Positions 1-11,588 of a stretch of DNA of 64,000 bases are shown piece after piece. The notes beneath the pieces are model-generated. The model had not been told where the DNA came from. It did no database searches and saw nothing but the letters and a program-made list of their open reading frames with translations. Made by a program: the position numbers and the translations under genes. Source of the DNA: Escherichia coli (lineage in GTDB: Bacteria > Pseudomonadota > Gammaproteobacteria > Enterobacterales > Enterobacteriaceae); NCBI RefSeq assembly GCF_013315695.1, contig NZ_CP054353.1; one strand, 5' to 3'. How positions within the stretch are numbered: position 1 is the first letter of the stretch; each line of letters begins with the position of its first letter.

Positions 1-45
1 GCGAGCAACGCGGCGTTACGCCAGAATGCTTTCATAATGGGTGTG
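1..45 (-). CDS. rna: RNase I, N-terminal 15 codons only (gene continues beyond window start)
   Basis: Reverse complement of 1..45 reads ATG AAA GCA TTC TGG CGT AAC GCC GCG TTG CTC = MKAFWRNAALL, matching the remembered RNase I signal-peptide start; position fits K-12 order rna-citT. Confidence 0.6.
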
Positions 46-83
46 GAACTCATACATACACTGAATATTATCTATTAAATCAT

Positions 84-117
84 AAAAAAGCCCGCCTGGT
101 GGGCTTACCTGGCGGGC
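84..117 (-). terminator. Rho-independent terminator downstream of citT
   Basis: GC-rich hairpin gcccgcc..ggcgggc (90..117) with an A6 run at 84..89 on the plus strand, giving a U-tract after the hairpin on the minus-strand transcript. Confidence 0.6.
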
Positions 118-148
118 GTGATGATTTATTCAGCGTTTGGCGAACGTA

Positions 149-1612
149 TTAGTTCCACATGGCGAGAATCGGCCAGCCAACCAACAGCAGCATAGAGATG
201 TAAATCACCCCGAAGATTGCGCCAAGACGCCAGTAATCTTTTGATTTCACATAGCCACAGCCGTAAATAATCACCCCAGGACCGGTTGCATACGGCGTCA
301 GACAGCCCATGATACCGATAGACAGTACCAGCAGGATACACAGTTGTTCCATTGGTACGCCCGGAATCCCTTTACCGACGGCCAGAATAACCGGCAGCAT
401 GGTTGCGGTGTGCGCAGACAGGCTGGCAAACAGGTAGTGTGCAAAGTAGAACACCAGAACCAGTACAATCACCGTTGCGTTTGGTGAGAAGCCTTCCAGG
501 TGTGTACTCATCGTGTTGGCGAACCAGTCGATAAAGCCAGAACGGGTCAGGCCATTCGCCATAACAACCAGCGTTGCCAGGTTGACCAGCGTGTTCCATG
601 CGCTGTTATAGCGAGTAATGTCTTTCCACGGCACAACGTGCAGCGCCAGCATCAGCGAAACTGCCAGCAGACCTACCGCAGTAGCATTAATGACTTCACT
701 GCCAAATACCCATAAACCTAAGCTGAGCAATACAAGGCCAATCAGCGTCCACTCTCTGCGCGTCAGCGCACCCATGGTTTTTAGTTCATCACCCGCCCAG
801 GTTGCCACTTCTTCACTGTGTGTGATTTCCGGTTTGTACAGCACGTAGGAAAGCCACGGCGCAATGATAAGCAAGATAACCCCAACCGGCAGGAAGCAGA
901 GGAACCACTGCAACCAGCTAATCTGGATACCGGCAATTTTGCTGACGAACTCCAGACCCAGCACGTTTGGTGCCGCACCGGTGACAAACATGGACGAACT
1001 CAGACTGGTACTAATGACCATCATCCACATCAAATAGCCGCCAATACGACGCGCGGACGGATCGTTCGGGAATGATTTAAACAGCGGCGGCAGGTTTTTA
1101 ATGACCGGAAAAACCGTACCCCCGGTACGCGCGGTGTTGGACGGTGTAAACGGTGCCAGCAGAATGTCGATAATGACAATCGCATAACCCAACGTCAGCG
1201 TGCGTTTGCCCATGAATTTCACCAGGAAAAGGGCAATACGACGGCCTAACCCGGAAACTTCATACCCTAATGCAAAAATAAATGCGCCAAATACCAGCCA
1301 TACCGTGGTGCTGGAAAAACCAGCCAGACCCCATTTCAGCGCCTGTTTTTGCGCATTAAACGCTGGGTCAGCTAATTCTTTGGCATCAAAGAGCAGGTAA
1401 TTACTGCCAATAACGCAAATAGTAACCGCAATAAAACTGATCGCCGTTGCCGGAATTGGCTCGAGGATCATGCCGACAATCATTGCCACAAACACTGCAA
1501 AGTAATGCCACGCCTGCGGCGGCATACCGTCAGGTACAGGGATAAGAAACATGACACCCATCACCACCAGGGGCGCCAATAATTTCCATATATTATCTTT
1601 TGCTAAAGACAT
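149..1612 (-). CDS. citT: Citrate/succinate antiporter CitT
   Basis: 487-aa ORF, polytopic membrane protein starting MSLAKDNIWKLLAPLVVMG; length and sequence match remembered CitT; sits beside the citrate lyase operon. Confidence 0.93.
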   Translation of the reverse strand: MSLAKDNIWKLLAPLVVMGVMFLIPVPDGMPPQAWHYFAVFVAMIVGMILEPIPATAISFIAVTICVIGSNYLLFDAKELADPAFNAQKQALKWGLAGFSSTTVWLVFGAFIFALGYEVSGLGRRIALFLVKFMGKRTLTLGYAIVIIDILLAPFTPSNTARTGGTVFPVIKNLPPLFKSFPNDPSARRIGGYLMWMMVISTSLSSSMFVTGAAPNVLGLEFVSKIAGIQISWLQWFLCFLPVGVILLIIAPWLSYVLYKPEITHSEEVATWAGDELKTMGALTRREWTLIGLVLLSLGLWVFGSEVINATAVGLLAVSLMLALHVVPWKDITRYNSAWNTLVNLATLVVMANGLTRSGFIDWFANTMSTHLEGFSPNATVIVLVLVFYFAHYLFASLSAHTATMLPVILAVGKGIPGVPMEQLCILLVLSIGIMGCLTPYATGPGVIIYGCGYVKSKDYWRLGAIFGVIYISMLLLVGWPILAMWN

Positions 1613-1662
1613 ACGGGTTCTCCGAAAATTAATATTTCCAAATTTATCAAGTGCTTAAATAA

Positions 1663-3067
<1,405 letters not shown>

Positions 3068-3070
3068 GGC

Positions 3071-4603
3071 TTATTCCTTCACCTGATGCACAACATCGAT
3101 CACCGAGCCATCGCGGTAACGCACAACGGCAACGACGCGGTCGGTGAATTCAATCGGCTGTGGTTCACCGGTCAGCAGACGCGCACGTTCACGCAGCCAC
3201 TCAATAGAAACCACTTTGATCCCCGCTTCCTGCAGACGTTCTGCCAGCTCCGGACGTGCCGGGTTAACAGCGATGCCGTGGTCTGTGACCAGAATATCGA
3301 CACTGGAGCCCGGGGTGATGCAGGTCAGCACGTTATCCACCAGCGTCGGAATACGACCGCGTACCAGCGGCGCGACGATGATGGAAAGCGCAGAGGCAAT
3401 CGCGGTATCGCAGTGACCACCGGAAGCACCACGCAGTACGCCGTCAGAGCCGGTCAGCACGTTAACGTTGAACTGGGTGTCAATTTCCAGCGCGCTCAGT
3501 ACCACCACGTCGAGACGATCAACCGCTGCGCCTTTCGACCCCCAGTTAGCGTACTGGTTGGCGCTGATTTCGATGTGATTGGGGTTACGGGCCAGCGATT
3601 GCGCAGCATGGCTGTCAAAGCTCTGCACATCCAGCAGTTTGCGGATCAAACCTTTTTCGTGCAGATCAACCATCGTTGCGGTAATACCGCCGAGGGCGAA
3701 GTCGGCGCGAATATCGCGGCTACGCATTTTGTCTTCCAGGAAACGGGTTACCGCCAGCGAAGCGCCGCCGGTGCCGGTCTGCATGGAGAAACCTTCTTTG
3801 AAGTAGCCAGAGTTAACAATCACATCCGCAGCGCTACGGGCAATAAGCAGTTCGCGCGGGTTAGTGGTCATACGGGTAGCACCAGCGCCGATTTTTGCAG
3901 CATCGCCAACGCGATCAACTTTGACGATCAGATCAACCTGATCTTGCTCAATGCTTGCCGGATTATGCGGATAAGGCAGCAGTTCTTCGGTAAGCATCAC
4001 GACCTGTTTTGCGTTGTCGGCATCAACCATTGCATAGCCGAGGGAGCCGCAGCAGGCTTTACCGGTGTAGCCGTTGGCATTACCGAATTCATCACAGGAC
4101 GGGACGCCGAGGAAAGCCACATCGATATTCAGTTCGCCGCTCTGTACCAGATGCACACGTCCGCCGTGAGAGTGGATTTGCACCGGTTCCGCCAGCAGAC
4201 CACGGGAGATTTCTTCCGCCAGTGGACCGCGCAGGCCAGAGGTATAAATGCGGGTAACCACGCCCCGGCGAATGTGTTCTACCAGCGGCGCATGGCAATC
4301 ACTCAGGGAGCTGGAGGCCAGAGTCAGGTTTTTAAAGCCCATCTTCGCGATGACGTCCATCACCATATTGACGGTCAGGTCACCGCCACGGAAAGCGTGA
4401 TGGAAGGAAACCGTCATACCGTCCTGTAAACCAGAGCGACGAATCGCTTCTTCCAGGTTGGCGCACAGTTTGCGATCGCGCGCTTTTTCAGCCTGGTAGG
4501 TTTGCTTTGGCGAGTTCTGGAAAGCGGCAAGATCGCATTCAGCGCGACGATTCCAGGCCGCTACCCGTTCTTGTCGTTGAGATTGTTCAATTTTCTGCGT
4601 CAT
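3071..4603 (-). CDS. citF: Citrate lyase alpha subunit (citrate CoA-transferase)
   Basis: 510-aa ORF; operon position between citE and citX. Confidence 0.93.
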   Translation of the reverse strand: MTQKIEQSQRQERVAAWNRRAECDLAAFQNSPKQTYQAEKARDRKLCANLEEAIRRSGLQDGMTVSFHHAFRGGDLTVNMVMDVIAKMGFKNLTLASSSLSDCHAPLVEHIRRGVVTRIYTSGLRGPLAEEISRGLLAEPVQIHSHGGRVHLVQSGELNIDVAFLGVPSCDEFGNANGYTGKACCGSLGYAMVDADNAKQVVMLTEELLPYPHNPASIEQDQVDLIVKVDRVGDAAKIGAGATRMTTNPRELLIARSAADVIVNSGYFKEGFSMQTGTGGASLAVTRFLEDKMRSRDIRADFALGGITATMVDLHEKGLIRKLLDVQSFDSHAAQSLARNPNHIEISANQYANWGSKGAAVDRLDVVVLSALEIDTQFNVNVLTGSDGVLRGASGGHCDTAIASALSIIVAPLVRGRIPTLVDNVLTCITPGSSVDILVTDHGIAVNPARPELAERLQEAGIKVVSIEWLRERARLLTGEPQPIEFTDRVVAVVRYRDGSVIDVVHQVKE

Positions 4604-4613
4604 TTTGATTGCC

Positions 4614-5522
4614 TTATTCTTCGCGGATGCCGGAAAGTTCTGCGCGGGAGAGCACCAGACGGGCGCGATCGATAACCGGACCGTCCACCATCTTGCCGTT
4701 CAGGGAAACCACGCCGAGGCCTTCGCGAGCGGCGGCTTCAGCGGCTTCTACGACGCGGCGGGCGTGATCCACTTCTTTCTGGGTCGGTGCGTAGAGGTTG
4801 TGCAGCAGATCAATCTGACGCGGGTTGATCAGCGATTTGCCGTCAAAGCCCAGCTGTTTGATGTGGGCGGCTTCTTGCAGGAATCCGGCTTCGTTATTAG
4901 CGTCGGAATAGACGGTATCGAACGCCTGAATACCCGCAGAGCGCGCGGCCTGCAAAATGGAACAGCGTGCGAACAGCAGTTCAGTTCCTTCCGGGGAGCG
5001 TTCTGTACGCAGGTTGCGCACATAGTCTTCTGCACCGAGGGCGATACCGATCAAACGCTCGGAAGCGTGAGCGATTTCCACTGCGCGGGTAATGCCCAGC
5101 GGAGATTCAATCGCTGCCAGCAGGCCGGTGCTGCCGGGTTCACGACCACAGGCTTTTTCGATGCGCAGGATCTCTTTTTCGATATCCAGAACATCCTGAG
5201 CGGTATCGGTTTTCGGCAGACGCACAACGTCCGCACCACCGCGAACGACGGCTTCCAGGTCGTTAACACCCCATTCGGAATCCAGCGCGTTTACACGCAC
5301 AATGGTTTCAATATCGCGATACAGCGGATGTTGCAGCGCGTGGTAAACCATGCGGCGGGCGGTGTCTTTTTCACGCAATGCTACGGAGTCTTCGAGGTCA
5401 AACATCAGGGCATCAGCCGGGTAGATGAAGGAGTTGCTGACCATCGCGGCATTGGCACCAGGCACAAACAACATACTGCGGCGGGTGCGAGTTTTACGTT
5501 GTTGCAGCGAAGCGGAAATCAT
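4614..5522 (-). CDS. citE: Citrate lyase beta subunit (citryl-CoA lyase)
   Basis: ORF 4614..5537; the internal Met ([15 protein letters not shown]) gives 302 aa and a 4-bp overlap with the citD stop, typical of translational coupling. Confidence 0.88.
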
Positions 5523-5815
5523 TGGCAATCCTCCCATGGCAGAGCCGGGATACCGCTGGCGCGTGCCAGCAGGGCTTCCAGTCGTGCACGTAAAATGCAG
5601 TCCAGTGCGCCTTTGTCATCGACATTCAGCTGTACGCCGCGCACGTTGTAGCGGGCGAGAACGTCCAGAATGGTGGTGCGAATTGCATCGCCAAACTGTT
5701 TCTCAACGCTGCTGTTGATTTGCAGGTCGATATCCTGCGTATCGAGTGGGGCGATGCGTATCATCACATCCCCAGACTCAAGGGTGCCTGCAACGGCGGG
5801 CTGGTTTATTTTCAT
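5519..5815 (-). CDS. citD: Citrate lyase acyl carrier protein (gamma subunit)
   Basis: 98-aa [27 protein letters not shown]; operon position. Confidence 0.9.
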
Positions 5816-5829
5816 TTTTCACCTGTTTC

Positions 5830-6888
5830 TCATGCGGGGGTCTTTTGACGAGCTGCCGCGTCCTGGCGGGAGTGCTCAAGCAGGTTCTGCAAATAATGCA
5901 GCGTGACTGCAGGGACCAGCGGCGCGATAGCCGTGAGATCGTTTTTCGCCAGCAGTTGACGTACCCGGGAAGCGGATATCGGCATCTCCTGGTAACGCAG
6001 CCGCTCAATTTCAACCAGTTCGATGGGCGGTGCGGAGATAGTCGGCGTTTCCAGCCAGTAGCGCATATCCTGGTTGTACTGGGCGGTAACGCGACAAAAG
6101 GGTTCAGTACCGACAAAGCGGTGAGTTACACCCAGCGCGGGAGCGAGGTACTGACGGAAAATCTTCAGATCAATTTCGGTGTAACAATGGTTAATGACGC
6201 TCTGTTCTTTAATGAAGTAGCAAGGGAACGTAGCGCGGGAGATGATGTATTCGGAGCCGCGATGCACAGTCAGGCGTGGAATATCGGCGGTGCCTTTTAA
6301 CACCAGATCCAGCCGGTCTTCATAGGGAAAGCGTGAAGAATCTTCTTTAACTAAAAACAGATGCAACCAGTCGCACTGTGCTGCAGCCTGTTGAATCAGA
6401 TAACGGTGACCATTCGTAAAGGGATTGGCGTTCATCACAATGCAGCCAATCTTGTTCCCTGGATGACGAAATTTTTTCAGCGATTCGGCATAGCGTTTCA
6501 GTCGCGTGGCGCTGTTTTCCATCAGCACCATCACGCCGGGTACACTGGTCAGCGTGGAAAAACCGCACTGGCGGAACAGCGCCTCGTATTCGGTTTTGGT
6601 ATAAATAAACAGATGCGTGCTGTGCCGCTCATAGGCGAGGTTTATCAATTCAGTGGCTAATGTCAGCGCCAGTCCTTCACCGCGAACGGATTCACTGATA
6701 GCAACGCATTTAATAATATTTCCGGCAATTCCACCGCACGCGATAAGCTTTTCATCGCGGGTTACGGTAATAAATACTTCGACTGTGGTGTCAACGCTCA
6801 AATCATTTTCATGCAGGAATTGGGCGATTTCCGCCATTTTTTTATTTTCTGAACGTTTTACACGGGTGAAAATATCATTGCCGAACAT
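5830..6888 (-). CDS. citC: [Citrate (pro-3S)-lyase] ligase
   Basis: ORF 5830..6975; internal ATG at 6886..6888 gives MFGNDIFTRVKRSENKKMAEIAQF, 352 aa; start choice from remembered CitC N-terminus. Confidence 0.82.
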   Translation of the reverse strand: MFGNDIFTRVKRSENKKMAEIAQFLHENDLSVDTTVEVFITVTRDEKLIACGGIAGNIIKCVAISESVRGEGLALTLATELINLAYERHSTHLFIYTKTEYEALFRQCGFSTLTSVPGVMVLMENSATRLKRYAESLKKFRHPGNKIGCIVMNANPFTNGHRYLIQQAAAQCDWLHLFLVKEDSSRFPYEDRLDLVLKGTADIPRLTVHRGSEYIISRATFPCYFIKEQSVINHCYTEIDLKIFRQYLAPALGVTHRFVGTEPFCRVTAQYNQDMRYWLETPTISAPPIELVEIERLRYQEMPISASRVRQLLAKNDLTAIAPLVPAVTLHYLQNLLEHSRQDAAARQKTPA

Positions 6889-7266
6889 AATAAATAGTAT
6901 CCTGAAGGTGCATGTTGTTATCGATTTGCAACGAATGTTGTTCGATGTTGCAAACTGATAACCTTTTATTTTCACTTGGGAGAAAGGGGGTGATCGAGGT
7001 ATATCTTTTTCTCCTTTCGCTATACATCCTAAGGAGTATTTCGGCGTGAAATTTTGATTTATTTCACATAGAGTTAGTGGTTTTTTATTTATTTAATGGT
7101 TTTAAGTTTTTTAACTAATGTAATTACGAAATGACCCGCAGGTTTAAGTGATTTAATTGATTTAATGAATAAAATTTGCCACGATCATATTTAATATATA
7201 TGTATTTTGATTCAACATTTTAATTACATCCGTCAAAGAGGCTCGGGACAACCCGCAAGGAAAACA
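6889..7266. promoter_or_regulatory. Divergent citC / dpiB control region (AT-rich, with direct repeat gatttaattgatttaatga)
   Basis: 378-bp AT-rich non-coding spacer between divergently oriented citC and dpiB; in E. coli this region carries the DpiA-dependent cit promoter. Confidence 0.5.
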
Positions 7267-8925
7267 ATGTTGCAGCTTAACGAGAATAAACAGTTTGCAT
7301 TTTTCCAAAGACTGGCATTTCCGCTGCGTATCTTTTTGCTGATTCTGGTGTTCTCAATATTTGTCATTGCAGCCCTGGCGCAATATTTTACGGCCAGTTT
7401 TGAGGACTATTTAACGCTTCATGTGCGCGACATGGCAATGAATCAGGCAAAAATTATTGCTTCTAATGACAGTATCATCAGCGCAGTGAAAACGCGTGAC
7501 TACAAGAGGCTGGCGACCATCGCTGACAAATTACAAAGAGATACTGATTTCGATTATGTGGTGATTGGCGACCGGCACTCGATTCGTCTTTACCATCCTA
7601 ATCCGGAGAAAATTGGTTATCCTATGCAGTTCACCAAACCGGGCGCGCTGGAGAAAGGGGAGAGCTACTTCATCACCGGGAAAGGGTCAATTGGCATGGC
7701 GATGCGTGCCAAAACGCCAATCTTTGATGACGATGGAAAAGTCATCGGCGTGGTGTCGATTGGCTACCTGGTGAGTAAAATCGATAGCTGGCGGGCTGAG
7801 TTTTTATTACCGATGGCTGGCGTGTTTGTCGTGCTGTTAGGGATTCTGATGTTGCTATCGTGGTTCCTGGCCGCGCATATCCGTCGGCAGATGATGGGCA
7901 TGGAGCCAAAGCAAATCGCACGCGTGGTCCGTCAGCAAGAGGCGCTGTTTAGTTCGGTTTATGAAGGGCTCATTGCGGTGGATCCGCATGGTTACATTAC
8001 CGCCATCAATCGTAACGCAAGAAAGATGCTGGGTCTGAGTTCCCCCGGACGGCAATGGTTGGGTAAACCCATTGCTGAAGTGGTCAGGCCCGCCGATTTC
8101 TTTACCGAACAGATTGATGAAAAACGTCAGGATGTGGTGGCGAACTTTAACGGTCTGAGCGTTATTGCCAATCGGGAAGCTATTCGTTCAGGTGATGATT
8201 TGCTGGGGGCCATTATCAGCTTTCGTAGTAAAGACGAAATTTCCACCCTCAATGCACAACTGACGCAAATTAAACAATACGTCGAGAGCCTGCGCACATT
8301 GCGACACGAGCATCTCAATTGGATGTCGACGCTCAATGGTCTGTTGCAGATGAAAGAGTATGATCGCGTGTTGGCGATGGTGCAGGGGGAGTCTCAGGCC
8401 CAGCAACAGCTTATTGATAGCCTGCGCGAGGCGTTTGCCGATCGCCAGGTGGCGGGGCTGCTTTTTGGTAAAGTGCAGCGCGCCCGCGAACTGGGGCTAA
8501 AAATGGTCATCGTCCCCGGTAGCCAGCTTTCGCAACTGCCGCCAGGACTGGATAGCACCGAGTTTGCCGCCATTGTTGGCAATTTACTTGATAACGCCTT
8601 CGAAGCCAGCCTGCGTAGCGATGAAGGAAACAAGATCGTTGAATTATTCCTCAGCGATGAAGGCGATGATGTGGTGATTGAAGTCGCCGATCAGGGCTGC
8701 GGCGTTCCAGAGTCTCTACGAGACAAAATATTTGAGCAGGGGGTCAGTACGCGTGCTGACGAGCCCGGTGAACATGGCATTGGGTTGTACTTGATTGCCA
8801 GCTATGTAACGCGCTGCGGTGGTGTTATCACTCTCGAAGATAATGATCCCTGCGGTACCTTATTTTCAATCTATATTCCGAAAGTGAAACCTAATGACAG
8901 CTCCATTAACCCTATTGATCGTTGA
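7267..8925 (+). CDS. dpiB: Sensor histidine kinase DpiB (CitA)
   Basis: ORF 7207..8925; ATG at 7267 preceded by aaggaaaacaATG gives 552 aa MLQLNENKQFAFFQRL; two TM segments and a C-terminal HATPase region. Confidence 0.9.
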   Translation: MLQLNENKQFAFFQRLAFPLRIFLLILVFSIFVIAALAQYFTASFEDYLTLHVRDMAMNQAKIIASNDSIISAVKTRDYKRLATIADKLQRDTDFDYVVIGDRHSIRLYHPNPEKIGYPMQFTKPGALEKGESYFITGKGSIGMAMRAKTPIFDDDGKVIGVVSIGYLVSKIDSWRAEFLLPMAGVFVVLLGILMLLSWFLAAHIRRQMMGMEPKQIARVVRQQEALFSSVYEGLIAVDPHGYITAINRNARKMLGLSSPGRQWLGKPIAEVVRPADFFTEQIDEKRQDVVANFNGLSVIANREAIRSGDDLLGAIISFRSKDEISTLNAQLTQIKQYVESLRTLRHEHLNWMSTLNGLLQMKEYDRVLAMVQGESQAQQQLIDSLREAFADRQVAGLLFGKVQRARELGLKMVIVPGSQLSQLPPGLDSTEFAAIVGNLLDNAFEASLRSDEGNKIVELFLSDEGDDVVIEVADQGCGVPESLRDKIFEQGVSTRADEPGEHGIGLYLIASYVTRCGGVITLEDNDPCGTLFSIYIPKVKPNDSSINPIDR

Positions 8926-9574
8926 GGACGAAACGCCGCTGGCAGAGATGCATGCGGAATATATTCGTCACATTCCCGGATTCAGTCAGATATTACTGGC
9001 GGGAAACCTGGCGCAGGCCCGAATGATGATCGAGCGTTTTAAGCCGGGGCTAATCTTGCTCGATAACTATCTTCCTGACGGTAGAGGGATTAATTTACTG
9101 CATGAACTGGTGCAGGCGCATTATCCCGGCGACGTGGTGTTTACCACTGCAGCCAGCGATATGGAAACGGTGTCTGAAGCCGTACGTTGTGGTGTATTTG
9201 ATTATCTCATTAAGCCAATTGCCTATGAACGGCTGGGGCAAACGCTAACCCGTTTCCGCCAGCGTAAACATATGCTGGAAAGTATTGATAGCGCCAGCCA
9301 GAAGCAAATTGATGAGATGTTTAATGCCTATGCTCGCGGTGAACCCAAAGACGAACTGCCGACCGGCATTGACCCCTTGACGCTAAACGCAGTGCGAAAA
9401 CTGTTTAAAGAGCCTGGTGTGCAACATACGGCAGAAACGGTGGCGCAGGCACTGACTATCAGCCGCACCACTGCCAGACGTTATCTTGAATATTGCGCCA
9501 GCCGCCATCTGATTATTGCTGAAATTGTTCACGGCAAAGTTGGCAGACCGCAACGCATATACCACAGTGGGTGA
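8894..9574 (+). CDS. dpiA: Response regulator DpiA (CitB)
   Basis: 226-aa ORF with receiver-domain start MTAPLTLLIVEDETPLAEM and C-terminal HTH; overlaps dpiB by 32 bp. Confidence 0.9.
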   Translation: MTAPLTLLIVEDETPLAEMHAEYIRHIPGFSQILLAGNLAQARMMIERFKPGLILLDNYLPDGRGINLLHELVQAHYPGDVVFTTAASDMETVSEAVRCGVFDYLIKPIAYERLGQTLTRFRQRKHMLESIDSASQKQIDEMFNAYARGEPKDELPTGIDPLTLNAVRKLFKEPGVQHTAETVAQALTISRTTARRYLEYCASRHLIIAEIVHGKVGRPQRIYHSG

Positions 9575-9583
9575 CATGATAAA

Positions 9584-9606
9584 GCCGGAGGAAACTTGCC
9601 TCCGGC
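9584..9606. terminator. Hairpin between convergent dpiA and dcuC (putative bidirectional terminator)
   Basis: Perfect 7-bp stem gccggag / ctccggc with a 9-nt loop; flanking U-tracts are weak. Confidence 0.4.
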
Positions 9607-9614
9607 ATGACTAT

Positions 9615-11000
9615 TTACTTGCCTGTGACCGCGGCTGCCGTTCCTGGCACCATCAGCTCTGTAGCAACGATAACAATCACCAGCCCAACAAGCACCGGCA
9701 CCGAGGTGCGTTTTACGACTTCAAATGGTGAGATTTTCGCCATCCCGGCAACCGCAACGACTACGCCAGAAACGGGTGACAGGGTACGGCCGAGGTTTGA
9801 CGCCTGCAGCATTGGGATAGTCAAATACGCCGGGTTAATGCCGGAAGAGTGCGCCAGTTTCGGGATCATCTCAACAAACGCATAAAACGGCGCATTGCCT
9901 GAACCGGTCGTGACTGCCGCCAGCATTGTCAGGATCACTAATACCAGCATCAGGATGATACTCGCCGAACCAAACGAGGTGGCGATAGAAATCAGACTTT
10001 GAATAAAGCCGATGGTGCTAAGCCCCTGAGCGAATACCCCAGCGGCAACCAGCAGCATCACCACGTTAGCAAACGCATCGGCCATCCCGCGATAAGCCAC
10101 TTCCAGACCAGAGAAAACTTTCTGGGTATTAAAGCTGCGGATGAACTCCAGAATGGAGGCAATCAGCATACAAATCACCAGAATAGTGATGATGTGTAAT
10201 TGCGGACCCCATTTGCCGTCAAAAATCAGCACTCCGATGATCGGCGTGAACGGCAAAATGGCATAAAACGCAGGAGCAGTGGTGGTGATTTCACTGACAT
10301 CTAACATTTCATGAGAGATGTGCTCTTTTTTATCCAGATAACGTTGCCAGAAGAAGTGGGAGATCGCCATGCCGATAATTGCAGCAATTGAGATAGGCAG
10401 CGTCGTTTTGAATGCGAAGTCAATCAGCGACATTTCGGAAGCCTGCGCCGCCAGCACCACATCCCCTGAAGTCGGTGCGAGAATAATCGCCGCCGGGGAG
10501 GCACAAATAGCAGCAGCTGCACCACGGCTGATACCAACGTTTACCATCACCGGAAACAGGGTTGCCATCAGCAAAACACCCAGACCGGTCGCGGAAGAGA
10601 CGGCCAGAGACATCAGACAGGCGACAAAATAGGCGGCAATCATCAGCAGGTAAGGGGAGTTAATATACTGCAATGGTTTTGACGCCAGCTTGACCACCAT
10701 ATCATTCGCGCCGATATGGGTCATGTAAGCGGCAAAGCCACACAGCATCATAATCATCATGCCGAGGTCGCCGCCGCGGCTCATTAGCAATATTTTAACG
10801 TATTCAACGATATCCGTGGCGCTGTAGCCTGTTGAAGCCTGGCTGGACGGTAACACTTTGTGCCCCATAATGGCACTGATAATCATCAATAACAGGCCAC
10901 CGACAAATAACACGCCAGTGGCGGAATACCCTTTAATGATGTAGCGAGCTACACCCACAATAACCACAACCCCAATAAGGAGTTCAATGAATGTCAGCAT
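9615..11000 (-). CDS. dcuC: Anaerobic C4-dicarboxylate transporter DcuC
   Basis: 461-aa polytopic membrane ORF MLTFIELLIGVVVIVGVARYIIKG; position after dpiBA as in K-12. Confidence 0.9.
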   Translation of the reverse strand: MLTFIELLIGVVVIVGVARYIIKGYSATGVLFVGGLLLMIISAIMGHKVLPSSQASTGYSATDIVEYVKILLMSRGGDLGMMIMMLCGFAAYMTHIGANDMVVKLASKPLQYINSPYLLMIAAYFVACLMSLAVSSATGLGVLLMATLFPVMVNVGISRGAAAAICASPAAIILAPTSGDVVLAAQASEMSLIDFAFKTTLPISIAAIIGMAISHFFWQRYLDKKEHISHEMLDVSEITTTAPAFYAILPFTPIIGVLIFDGKWGPQLHIITILVICMLIASILEFIRSFNTQKVFSGLEVAYRGMADAFANVVMLLVAAGVFAQGLSTIGFIQSLISIATSFGSASIILMLVLVILTMLAAVTTGSGNAPFYAFVEMIPKLAHSSGINPAYLTIPMLQASNLGRTLSPVSGVVVAVAGMAKISPFEVVKRTSVPVLVGLVIVIVATELMVPGTAAAVTGK

Positions 11001-11088
11001 AATTTTTCCTGTCTCCAGGCCCCAAAGTAAATAATAAAAAATTCCTAAAAACTAAGGAAAAAATATGCCCAATAAATTGGCGGTGAAT

Positions 11089-11104
11089 GCTGATTAAAAT
11101 CAAG
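11089..11104. promoter_or_regulatory. FNR/CRP-like palindrome upstream of dcuC
   Basis: gcTGATtaaaATCAAg about 95 bp upstream of the dcuC start; resembles the TTGAT-N4-ATCAA FNR consensus; dcuC is known to be anaerobically induced. Confidence 0.35.
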
Positions 11105-11588
11105 AAAAACTGCCATTAAGACATTGAAGTTGCTGTTTTTATACGTAGATAACAAAACGCATATTTAGCGGTTGGCAAATATCACATAATAATGTGTGTA
11201 AATTGATGGTGGATTGATGCAAATTTGTTAATTGCAATGGTGTTAGCTGCGGCCATGCGCTCAAAAAATAATCTAATATGAGCATGGGTTGACGATATAT
11301 ATTATATACTTCGTTAAGATGATTGTTGTATCTCGTTAAAAAATAAAATAATTTTTCCTTGATTGCATTTTGTCATCAAAAAAGACTTGGTTTTTCTTTT
11401 TTGACTATTCCCATCGCAGAAAACGACGCATCATCTTTAATCGATGCGCGGAAATATTTAACTTAAACAAGCGGAAATAAATAGAGCAGCTATTCAGATT
11501 ATTTTTTATGTTGGGGCTATTAAGGTTATGTTAATTGTAGCTTTGCTATGCTAGTAGTAGATTTTTGATAAATGTTTAATGGTCACAA

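Noticed and set aside
11001..11588. Long AT-rich dcuC-pagP spacer as a possible hidden small gene or sRNA
   Set aside because: No ORF with a plausible start and SD, and no terminator-bounded unit; it is more simply the divergent promoter region (with an FNR-like site for dcuC and PhoP-dependent pagP control). PhoP-box-like half sites (TGTTTA near 11570) are too degenerate to call.
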